Shown: positions 53,331 through 64,000 of the stretch, piece after piece | Position numbering within the stretch: position 1 is the first letter of the stretch | How the letters are laid out: each line of letters opens with the position of its first letter | Assembly (NCBI RefSeq): GCF_009914755.1 | Contig: NC_060947.1 | Source: the human T2T-CHM13v2.0 reference genome, Homo sapiens | Strand: one strand, 5' to 3' | Length of the DNA: 64,000 nt | Made by a program: the position numbers and the translations under genes | The notes under the pieces: model-generated | Databases searched by the model: none | What the model was told of the DNA's origin: nothing | Seen by the model: the letters and a program-made list of their open reading frames with translations, nothing else

Positions 53331-53857
53331 TGTTCACATTAATGGAAATATTTTCCTTTGATTTTTAATTTTGTTAAAAATAAATAAATCAAAAGTTATT
53401 TCTGTACATATCAAGAACTTTCCATGTCTATGTGCCTTGATTAGTTTGACCACTTGCTCAAGAAAATAGCAAATATGTCAGTTAAATAATACCTCCCACA
53501 AAATTTCATTTCTTTAAAAAATATGTAGAATCTCTTTGGATTGGTTGAGATTGCAAAAACATTTTGAGAAAGTTCCATATTTTCTAAGTCATTTATAATA
53601 GTGTCCTGCAATTTTGTTTTCTGCCACAAATTGATCAGGGCCACACTGTACAAACTCAAGTAACAGTTACCACTCAAAAAAATAAATCCACATTGGCAGG
53701 TGATTTTGTTTTGTTTTTTTAACAATTGTAATAGAAATTTTATCAATAGGTTTTAAAAATTACCTCCCTTAAATGCTAAATGTTCAAAAATATCAGTGTT
53801 CCACATGCTGATTTATGCTAGCAAAAATATTGCTGTCCATCTTGATTAACTAGTTTA

Positions 53858-54152
53858 GAACTGCATTTAGGAAAACATTAGTCACTAGCTACATGTGGCT
53901 ATTGAGAACTTGCAAGGTTGGTAATCCAAATAAGGATGTGCTGTAATTGTAAAATACCAGATTTTAACAATTTAGGATGTAAAAACTTAAAATTTCTTAC
54001 TAATATTTTCATAATTATTACTTACTAAATGATAATATCATAAACATATTGGGTTAACAAAAACATATTAATACAATTTTTACTTTTTTCCTTTACATAG
54101 TTAAATGTAACTACTAGAAAATCTAAAACTGTCATATTTCCATTGGACAGCA
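53858..54152. mobile_element. MER33-like hAT-Charlie MITE
   Basis: gtcactagctacatgtggctattgagaacttg...gatgtgctgtaattgtaaaatac...catatttccattggacagca. Confidence 0.8.
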
Positions 54153-55127
54153 TTTGTTTGAGTGTTGAAATTATTGAATAATCTCATATTATGATTCTGA
54201 AATATAGATGTACTTTTTCTTACCTTCTATTTCTTGAATCATAGATGTAAAAAAATTTTTATGCTTAAAATTTGAATAAGTGGTTTTTAGTTATTGATTA
54301 ATCTATATAGGTCAACAAAAGCTGAAGGCATTTTGGTTTAAAATATAAACTTTTGACAATTTGGTGATTGCTTGTAATTGGTCTACCTCAATGTGTTTGT
54401 ATGCATATATACACAATGCACAGCTTAACTGTTCAATTTAGTCAGTTTTTAATATAATACTTAGTTTCATTAAGAAGGAAGTATTTCAAGTTGCTCATTG
54501 CTGTTCAGAAATGTTAGTCTATCACTAATATAAATATTTTACACATATGGACTACAACACTTTAGATAAACATTCATTACAAATTAATTGAAATGATTTT
54601 GGGTGTTTTACTATTAGTCATTGATAGAATAAAATAAACAACGTATTTCTCAAAAACAATCTGAGTACTATCTGGAAGTAGTGACAGTCATACATTTAGT
54701 GGTTTCAATTTCCTTTCAAAATTATTCAGAAAAAATCACTTATACAATTGCCTAAAAAAAACTAAAATTAAAAAAGGAAAAGAAAATATTGGGAAGATCT
54801 GTCTATATTAATTCTGTGACTCTCAAATTTTATGAAGCCATAGAATAGATTCATTTGAAAAGCATATTTTTGAGCTGCTTTTAGACTTTAAGTAAGAATA
54901 TCTCAATATTAATATATGGGATGCATTGAAAATTTCAGAAAAATTATAATGAATAAGTGAGATGGAAGTCAATGATGGCTTTAAATACATAAGAAATAAA
55001 ATTGCAACAGATTACTTTAGAAAATATTTTATTTCAGCCTAAACACTTATATGAAAACCCTACAAAACAGACCAAAAAGGGGAAGCTACCTATATTACTG
55101 AGACAAATATCATGTATGTTTTTATAT

Positions 55128-56633
55128 GTGCTCTGAAGAGGATCCTTATTGCCTGTCACTGCTTGACTGAGGCTGCTGAAAATCAAATACAAAACCTCAT
55201 CCTTTGAGTGTGTGAATTACAATACAGGTTGAACTCAAAGCCTCACAGCATGTCTACTGTTAAAGTAAAGTGAGGGCTTAGATTAGGAAAGAATGGGACA
55301 TTGAATGTTAGAATGGTGGAGTGTGAAAAGACCCTGATAAAGCTGGGGAGATGAGGCCCTCAATTTTGATGAGTCTTCTTTGCCAGTGGAAGAGACTTTC
55401 TGACACCATTGGAAGCAGCCACCTCAGCCTCAGTAGTAGTGGCTTCCTCACCCCAAGTGGTAGTGGCCTTTACACCCCTTTCTGAGGGATTTAATCCTGC
55501 ATTGCCTGAGGAAATTATAATGGACTCTCTGTAATCAGTGCCATGTAACACAATGTTGATTCTTCTCAGAACTCATTCCGCCACCCTTACCTGCTTCTAG
55601 ATTTATAACCAGACTCCAGTCCCGGCAGGCCCCAAAAAGTGAGACACAAAGTGTGACCTTTGAGGAAGTACACTACATTTCAGAAAACTTACTTGAGTTT
55701 TCCAATTTATACAGACATAAATACAAGGAATATGTGTGGAAATGGATATTAAAGGTGTGGGATAATGGAGGAAGAAATATAAAGTTTGAACAGACTAAAT
55801 GTATTGATATGGGCTCATTAAGTAGAGATTCCACATTTAATGCTGTGAATCAGAGAGTTATAAAGTACTTTCACAGTTTATTTGGTTGGTTGACTGAAGC
55901 ATGAACCAAAAGATAGCCTACAGTGAGTGAATTGGAAATTCCCAACCTGCCTAAGTTAAATATAGATAAAGTGGTTGAAAAGCTTAGGCATATTGCAGAG
56001 TAGGCCTTTATTCATAAAATTAAGACTTAGTTAACATGACCGAGAGTTTCCAGTAGACACATCTCTCACCACTACTGTAAGAAATAGATCTGTGAGAGGA
56101 GGCTTGGAATTTTTGAGCAGCTCTGTGTTCACTTTTCTCTGTAGGCCAGACCTTATCGTGGGGACTGCAGTCCCCGAATTGGGAAAACTAAATGCAATGG
56201 CAGTAATTAGATCTCTGGGTGGCAGGGATCACATGACAGCACTCAGCTACTAAAGGCAGTGGGGTTATGTTTCTCATAATGGATAGCAGAGTCAAAGCAG
56301 TAATCAAAAGAATCTGACTCATAGACCTATGGTGTTGGCTAGTTGATCATGGTGTTGCCAGAAGTGAAATAGACAGGAAGTCTGCTACATTCTTATTTAA
56401 TCTGCATGAGCAGAAAATACTACTCAAGTGAGAAAAAGTCTAACTTGAATAAAAAAAAAAACAGTCAACCCCTTTAATTAATCCCCAGACTTGATCCAAT
56501 TCACAGACTCAGAACCCCTTGAATAAAAGGGAGACTGTGACTTCTCCAGGAAGGACTCGCGTACACTGTCAAAAATTTATACTGTTTATCTCCCCACCGG
56601 CATTTTTGAAAGGATCCTAAAGACTTACCAGAA
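55128..56633 (+). pseudogene. gag: ERV-L (HERV-L/ERVL-B4-like) gag remnant
   Basis: ORF 55653-55904 reads EEVHY..NLLEFSNLY...VWKWILKVWDNGGRNI...IDMGSLSRDSTFN...SLFGWLTEA, matching the ERV-L Gag signature (WEWILRVWDNGGRNI, DMGPLSRDSAFN). Stops and frameshifts surround it. Confidence 0.88.
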
Positions 56634-57249
56634 TGCTATGGTTTGAATGTGTCCCCTCTAAAAATCAGGTTTGGGCAATTATTAAGTAGTGAGACCTTTA
56701 AGAGATCACTAGGCCATGAAGGCTGCTCTTTTTCTCATTAACGACATTAAGGTCCTTGTAAAAGAGGCTTCACAAAGCATTCGGCTAGTGTGCTCTTCTG
56801 CCTTCTACTATGTGAAGTCACAGCAAGAAGCCCCTCAACAGACCAAATGCTGGTGCCTTGATTTTGAACTTCCCAGCGTTCAGAACCATGAGAAAAAGTT
56901 TCTGATCTTTATGAATTACCTAGTCTCAGGTATAATATTGTAGCAGCACAAAATTTACTGAGAAAGAAATTGGTACTATAGGAGTAGGACATTCCTAAAA
57001 CAAATACCTCATTTATGCTGACGTGATTATTATGCATTGTATGCCTGTATCAAACTATCTTATGCACCCCATAAATATATACATAAATATATATACCTAC
57101 TATGTACCTACAAATTTTTTTTTTAAAAAACATGTGGAAGCAGGTTGGGAATAAAGTAATGGACAGAGTCTGTAACAGTATTGAAGTGAAGACTTAGAAA
57201 AGTTTGTATTGCTATAAATGAAGTACTAAGGGTGATTCTGTTGAGGGCT
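56634..57249 (+). mobile_element. MST-type MaLR 5' LTR (56634-56965) plus start of internal sequence
   Basis: TGCTATGGTTTGAATGTGTCCCC...aattacctagtctcaggtat...tagcagcacaaa, followed by the internal start gaaattggtac. Confidence 0.8.
57010..57130 (+). mobile_element. Extremely 5'-truncated L1MA-like 3' end
   Basis: gtgattattatgcattgtatgcctgtatcaaa...ccccataaatatatac...ctactatgtacc matches the 3' end of the L1 at ~62125-62200. Confidence 0.82.
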
Positions 57250-57677
57250 TGTATTAGTCCATTCTCATACTGCTAATAAAGATGTACCGAAGACTGGGTA
57301 GTTTATCAAGAAAAGAGGTTTAATTGACTCATAGTTTCACATGGCTGGGGGGCCTCAGGAAACTTACAATCATGGCAGAAGGTACCTCTTTACAAGGTGG
57401 CAGGAGAGAGAATCAGTGCTGAGCTAAGGGGAAAGCTCCTTATAAAACCATCAGATCTCATGAGAACTCACTATCACGAGAACAGCATGAGGGAAGCCGC
57501 CCCCATGATTCAATTATCTCCATCTGGTCCTGCTCTTGACATGTGGGGATTATAACAATTCACGGTGAAATTTGTGTGGGGACACAGAGCCAAACGATAT
57601 AATTCCATCCCTGGCCCCTCCCAAATCTCGTGTCTTCACTTTTCAAAACAAAATCATGCCCTTCCAACAGTCCCCCA
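57250..57677 (-). mobile_element. THE1C-like 3' LTR (57250-57602) plus ~75 bp of THE1 internal sequence
   Basis: tgtattagtccattctcatactgcta...gggacacagagccaaac, then ttccatccctggcccctcccaaatctc (PPT side of THE1-int). Confidence 0.88.
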
Positions 57678-57684
57678 GTGGACT

Positions 57685-58130
57685 TGTGATGATCAATCTT
57701 ATGTGTCAACTTGACCACAAGGTGGCAGATATTAGATTCAACATTATTCTGCATGTGTCATTGAGGGTGTTTCTGGATGAGATCAGCATTAGAATGGTAG
57801 ACTGAGTAAAACGGGTTGCCTTTCCCAATGTAGGCAGGTTGCATCCAATCTGTTGAAGGCTTGAATGGATCAAAATGATTAAGAGAGAAATTAGTTTCTC
57901 TGCCTGTCTTTCATCTGAGATTTTCTTCTCCTGCCTTCATACTCAGACTTGAAGTGGAACTTATGTTACTTGTTTTCTTGGTTCTCAGGACTTCAGACTC
58001 AGACTGAAGCTATACCATCAGCTTCCCTTGGTACGTAGCTTGCTGACTGCAGACCTTGGGATTTATCCAATTAGTAGCAACATGAGATAATTCCTAATAA
58101 CAAACTCTCTCTCTCTCTCTCTCACTCTTT
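57685..58130 (+). mobile_element. MLT2 (MLT2D-like) LTR, probable 3' LTR of the ERV-L
   Basis: TGTGATGATCAATCTTATGTGTCAACTTGAC...gggtgtttctggatgagatcagcatt...(CT)n, preceded by gtggact (end of the ERV-L PPT region). Confidence 0.85.
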
Positions 58131-61100
58131 CATATAAATGGACTAAACTTTCCAATCGAAAGACCTAGACTGGCTGAATGGATGAAAAAACAAAACCCAC
58201 TAATCTGTTGCATACAAGAAAAATACTTCACCTATAAAGACACACATAGACTGAAAGTAAAGGGATGGGAAAAACATTCTATGCCAATGGAAAACTGAAA
58301 AAAGCAATAGTCGCTATATTATATCAGACAAAATAGTTTTCAAGACAAAAACTATAAGAAGGGACAAAGCAGGTAACTGTACAATTTATACAGTTTATAG
58401 TATAGGGGTCAATTCAGCAAGAGAATATAACAATTTTAAATATATATGCACCCAACATTATAGCACCCAGCTATCAAAGGAAATATTATTAGAGCTAAAG
58501 AGAGAAATAGGCCCGAATACAATAATAGTTGGAGACTTCAACAACCCACTTTTAGGATTGGACAGATCTGCCAGACAGAGAATCCACAAAGAAACAAACA
58601 TTAACAAAGACTTAATCTGCACTATAGACCAAATGGATTTAACAGATATTTACAGAGTATTTTATTGAAGAGCTTCAGAATACACATTCTTTTTCTCAGC
58701 ACATGGATCATTCTCAAGAATAGACCATATGTTAGGTCAAAAAACAAGTCTTAAAATGTTAAAAAATTGAAATAATATCAAATATCTTCCCTAACCACAA
58801 TAGAAAAAAGCTAGAAATTAATAACAGGATGGACGTTTAAAACTATACAATTACCTGGAAATTAAACAATATTCTCCTGAATGACCAGTGGGTCAATGAA
58901 GAAATTAAGAAGAAAATTTGAAATGTTTTAAAACAAATGATAATAAAAACACAACATACCAACTTTTATGGGATACAGCAAAAGCAGTACTCAGAGGGAA
59001 GTTTATAGCTATAAGTGCTTACATCAAAACAAAGAAAAAACTTCAAATAAACAATCTAACAATACATCTTAAAGAACTAGAAAAGCAAGAGCAAGTCATA
59101 CTTAAAATTAGTAAAAGAAAATAATAAAGATCAAAGCAAAAATAAATAAAATTATAATGAAGAAAACAATACAAAAGACTAATGAAAGAAAAAGTTGTTT
59201 TTTAAAAAAAGTTAAACAAAACTGACAAATCTTTAGCCAGGCTAAGAAAAAAGAGAGAAGATCCATATAACATCAGAAATGAAAACAGAGACATTGCAAC
59301 TAATACAACAGAAATTCAAAGGATCATAAGTGGCTACTAAGAGCAACTATATGCCAATAAAGTGGATAATCTAGAAGACAATACATAAATTCCTAGATAC
59401 ATACAACCTAAAAAAATTGAACTGGGAAAAAACCTAAAACCTGAACAGACCAATATCAAGTAATCAGATTAAAGTCATAATAAAAATTCTTCCCTAAATA
59501 AATACTCAGGACCTGATGGCTTTACTGCTGGATTATACCAAACACTTAAACAATACCAATCCTACTGAAACTCTTCTGAAAAATAGAAGAGGAGGGAATA
59601 CTTTCAAACCCATTCTACAAGGTCAGTATTACCCTGATACCAAAACTTGTCAAAGACACATCAAAAAGAGGAAACTACAGCCCAATATATATGATGAATA
59701 TTAATGCAGACATTCTCAGCAAAATACTAGCAAACTGAATTCAACAATGCATTAGAAATATTATTTATCATGACCAAGTGAAATTTATCACTGGGATGCC
59801 AGGATGGTTCAGCATATGCAAATCAATCAATATGATACATCATATCAGCAGAATAAAGGATAAAATTCATATGATAATTTCAACTGATGTTGAAAAGGCA
59901 TTTCACAGAATTCAACATATCTTCATGATAAAAACCTTCTTAAAACAGGATGGAAAGAACATACCTCAACACAATAAAATATATGACAGACCCACAGGTA
60001 GTATCATACTGAATGGAGAAATACATAAAGCCCTTCCTTTAAGATGTGGGACATGACAAGGAAGCCCACTGTCACCACAGTTACTCAACATAATATTGGA
60101 AGTTTTAGCTAGAGCAAGTAGACAAGAGAAAGATATAAAGGACACACAAATTGGAAATGAAGAAATTCAATTATCCTTGTTTTAAGATGATATAATCCTA
60201 TATTTGAAAAAAAAAACCTAAAGACTCCACAGGAAAACTATTAGAACTGATAAACAAGTTCAAGGACACAAAATCAACATAAAAAATAAGTAGAATTTCT
60301 TTATTCCAATAATGAACAATGTAAAAAAGTAATCCCTATACACTATTTACAATGGCCACACATAAAATTAAATACCTAGAAATTAAACAAAGAAGTGAAA
60401 AATCTCTATAACAAAAACTATAAAATATTGATGAAATAAATTAAAGAAGACACCAAACAATAGAAAAATATTACGTGTTCATGGATTGAAATAATCCATA
60501 CTGTTAACATGTCCATACAACCCCCCAAAATCTACAGGTTCATTGCAATCTGTATGAAAATACCAATGACATTCTTCACAAAAAAAATCTTAAAATTTAT
60601 ATGGAACTACAGATGACCCAAAATATCCACAGCTATCCTAAGCAAAAAGAACAAAATCAGAGGAATCACATTACCTGACTTCAAATTATACTACAGAGCT
60701 ATAGTAACCAAAACAGCCTGAAACTGGCATAAAAACAGACACAGAGTCTAATGGAACAGAATCAAGAACCAGAAACAAATACACACACCTACAGTAAACT
60801 CATTTTAGAAAAAATTTTCAAGAACATACACTGGGGAAAGGACAGTTTCCTCAATAAACGGTTTTGGGAAAAGTGGATAATCATATGCAGAAGAATGAAA
60901 CCAGACCCCCATTTATACAAAAATCAAATAAAAGTGGATGAAAGACTTAAATCAAAAACCTCAAACTATAAAACCTACTACAAGAAAACATTGGGAAAAA
61001 TCTCCTGGACATTTTTTCTGGGCAAATACTTATTGAGCAATACCTCACAAGCACAGGCAACCAAAGCAGAAACAGCAAATGAGATCACATCAACTTAAGC

Positions 61101-62215
61101 TTCTGCACAGCAAAGGATCCAATAAACAAGTGAAGAGACAACTCACAGAATGGGAGAAAATATTTGCAAACTACCCATCTGTCATGAGATTAAAAACTGA
61201 AATATATAGGAAGCTGAAACAACTCTATAAGAAAAAGTCTAATAATCTGATCAAAAATTGGCAAAAGATTTGAAGATACATTTCTCAAAAGAAAACATAA
61301 CATTTGCAAAGCAGGCATATAAAAAGGTACTCAGCATCATTGATCATTCTAGAAATACAAGTCAAAACTACTATGGGATATTATCTCACTCCAATTAAAA
61401 TGGCTTATATTTAAAAGACAGGCAATAACAAATGTTGGCGAGGATGTGGAGAAGAAACCCTCCCACGCTGTTGTTTGGAGTGTAATCTAGTACAACCACT
61501 GTGGAGAACAGTTTGGAGGTCCCTCAACAAAACTAAAAATTCAGCAACTCCTCTGCTGGGTATATACACAAAAGAAAGAAAATCAGTATATCAAAGAGAT
61601 ATCTGTATTTCTGTGTTTGTTGCAGCACTGTTTACATTAGCTAAGTTTTGGAAGCAACCTAATTGTCCACCAACAGAAGAATGGATAAAGAAAATGTTGT
61701 ACTTAGGCACTATGGAGTACTCTTCAGCCATAAAAAGAATGAGATCCAGGCATTTGCAACAACATGGATGGAACTGGAGATCACTGTGCTATGTAAAATA
61801 AGCCAGACACAGAAAGACATCACATGTTCTCACTTATTTGAGGATCTAAAAATCAAAACATTTGAATTCATGGAGATAGAGAGTAGAAGTATGGTTACAA
61901 GAGGCTGAGAAGGGTAGTGGGGGTTGTTGGGGGAGGTGGGGATGGTTAACGGGTACAAAAAAAAGTTACAAAGAATGAATAAGCCCTATTATTTGATAGC
62001 ACAATAGGGTGACCATAGTCAATAATAACTTAATTGTATGTTTTAAAATAACTTAATTAGTGTAATTTGATTGTTTTTAACTCGAATGACAAATGCTTGA
62101 GGAGATGGATACTCCATTCTCCATGATGTGATTATTTGACATTGCATGCCCTTATCAAAACATTGCATATACACCATAAATATATACAGATACTATGTAG
62201 CAAAAAAAAAAAAAG
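58131..62215 (+). mobile_element. L1MA1/2-like element: nearly all of ORF2 plus 3'UTR and poly(A), disrupted
   Basis: Starts at the endonuclease N-terminus (ataaatggactaaac). ORFs 58918, 59778, 60751 and 61475 are ORF2 pieces ([28 protein letters not shown]). L1MA-type 3'UTR and A-tail at 62202-62214. Confidence 0.92.
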
Positions 62216-62457
62216 GAAATATTAAACTCTAATTACTAGATTTATTTTCTAAAACTTGTGTTAGCATTTCTGAAAATAACTTTCTTTTTGTAAATTATAG
62301 GACTAACTAAATAAGTAAATATATTTGGTTAATTGTAGCCAGGTTTTACATTGTTGTACATGGGGCTTCTCTATCAACACATAAAGAAACAAATTGTAGA
62401 ACTGGTTCTGCTGAGTGGAATTGGAGTTACCTACTATTGGTTCCTCCTGATTTTATT

Positions 62458-62466
<9 letters not shown>

Positions 62467-62501
<35 letters not shown>
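62467..62501. repeat. (CA)n microsatellite
   Basis: About 17 AC units following a (TA)n run. Confidence 0.97.
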
Positions 62502-62505
<4 letters not shown>

Positions 62506-62579
62506 AATAATATAAATAGTGCATGTTTGCATAAATAAATGCATACATACAGGTATGTATATTTGGATATAGTGTGACT

Positions 62580-62938
62580 CAACTGTGTTTTTTGCTTGGG
62601 ATCTCACAAGGCTGCAGCTCTTTTCTTGAGACTCAGGGAGCAAAAAAAAAAAAAAAAGAAACACTTCCAGCTTCATTCAAATTTGTAATAGAAATTTGCT
62701 TCTTGTGGCTGTAGGAGTAAAGCCATTCTCCTCTCCTCTCCTCTCCTCTCCACTCCTCTCCTCTCCTCTCCTTTCCTTCTTTCTTTTCTATTATTTTCTT
62801 CCTGGCAAATGACTCCCTTTATTTTCAAGGTAACAATGGATGCCAAAAACTTCTCATGATTTGAATCATTCTGATTTCCTCTTCTACATCTCTGTAATTA
62901 GAGTGGGAAAAATTTTCTCCTTTTAAGGACTCATCTTA
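62580..62938 (-). mobile_element. MLT1-type MaLR LTR fragment containing (CTCTC)n
   Basis: tctcacaaggctg...acttccagcttcattca...cttgtggctgtagga...ttttaaggactcat. CTCTC repeat at ~62727-62771. Confidence 0.65.
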
Positions 62939-62942
62939 AGAT

Positions 62943-63014
62943 AGATGCAGTGAACCAAGGTCGTGCCATTGCACTCCAGTCTGGACAACAGAGCGAGACT
63001 CCATTTAAAAAAAA
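62943..63014 (+). mobile_element. Alu 3' fragment
   Basis: gcagtgaaccaaggtcgtgccattgcactccagtctggacaacagagcgagactcc followed by an A-run. Confidence 0.9.
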
Positions 63015-63269
63015 TGACTTTACCTATTGTTAACCATTTATCAATAGTAATTAGCACAATAATTCTACTTCTAAGAATTACCCTTTAGAAATAAACAGAG
63101 CTAGAGATAAAAGCTTTATTTTTAGAATTTTTTTGTCAGTGTAAATTTTAAAAGAAAAATTAGAAGCAACCTAAAACTACAAAATTCAAAAATAGGTAAA
63201 AAGTGAAACAAACTGTAGCATCTATTTAAAAAAAAAGAAAGTTGGTCATAATATATCAGTCAATAGAAA

Positions 63270-64000
63270 ATGAGAAAATTTTATGTTGGGTTTTTTTTGT
63301 TAATTTATCTAAGAGTTGAGTTGGGTGTAATGTTGGCTGTACCTGTAGATGCCAGACGTTCCAATTTTCTCTAGTGAGTTTTTTTTATTCCTATTGTCTT
63401 TACATTTACCTAGAAACTACTTATTAAATATAGTCTGCACAGTACTGCTTTCTCAGCTAAAATCTCCTGTTGATATACTAAGGATTTATTGATGTACCAG
63501 TAAAGGGAAGTAATGCATTTTATAATGTTATGATTAATTCTCCAGCTTGTAGTGGTTGTTTCCCCTTGATATGTTCTTTACACGTTTTTTTCTTAGCTAT
63601 TCCCACACTTAGGTGAGACAGGAAGGCTAAAAAGACTGGAGTTGAGTAAGTGTCCTTAACCCGTGTGTTTGTTATAAGGCTTTGGTAAACTCCTTTCCCC
63701 TGGAGTATAGGCATTTGATATGGAAATACAGATAGCTTTTACTTCTACCTTTCAAAATTGGACGTATTTTATACATTTGTCTTTCATATTATACTAGTTA
63801 TTTCCACCAGTGCAACGTTGAATAAAAGAGGTAAGGTAAAATATCTTTACCTTGTTCCTGGTCCTAGAAGAGGGAGGAAGCATTCAATTTTTACTATTAA
63901 TTATGATGTTAGCTATACCTTTTTGAATGCATCTATTTTAAGATTAAGAAACTTTTCATCTCCTTTCAGGTTTTGAGGTGCTTTAACAAGAATAGATGCT
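63270..64000 (-). mobile_element. Old antisense L1 fragments (5' region, then ORF2)
   Basis: 63290-63730 resembles 33310-33490 and 40225-40560. 63740-64000 reads as antisense ORF2 (ttgaataaaagaggtaagg...cttgttcctggtc). Confidence 0.7.

Noticed and set aside
55653-55904. Possible domesticated ERV-L gag (Fv1-like) gene
   Set aside because: Only 83 codons are open, with stops and frameshifts on both sides. It is an ordinary decayed remnant.
58131-62215. Potentially active L1
   Set aside because: No 5'UTR or ORF1, and ORF2 is broken into many short frames.

Overview
This window is primate (Old World monkey/ape lineage, most likely human) non-coding DNA. It is AT-rich and mostly tiled by nested, decayed transposable elements. 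The lineage call rests on AluY copies and a HERV-W LTR17. I find no credible intact protein-coding gene, RNA gene or CRISPR array. Every ORF in the track that I can place comes from L1, Alu, ERV or simple-repeat sequence. Main contents: about a dozen L1 segments (L1M-, L1PB- and L1MA-like), eight near-full-length Alus plus one fragment, a solo LTR17, a truncated MER4-group provirus, a two-LTR class I provirus (33497-40218) with a tRNA-Gly-type primer binding site and a nested class III solo LTR, several MaLR LTRs, an ERV-L gag remnant in a four-layer nest, and three DNA-transposon relics. I do not see a new biological system. The most unusual signals are DNA-repair scars readable against the repeat templates: a 19-nt insertion apparently copied from 1 kb away, a palindrome-built 135-bp filler at a ~1-kb deletion, and smaller fold-back or duplication scars. 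Also notable are the Gly PBS and an LTR17 that appears to lack its poly(A) signal. Family and subfamily names come from my recall of consensus sequences, not from a database search, and the boundaries of old elements are approximate.
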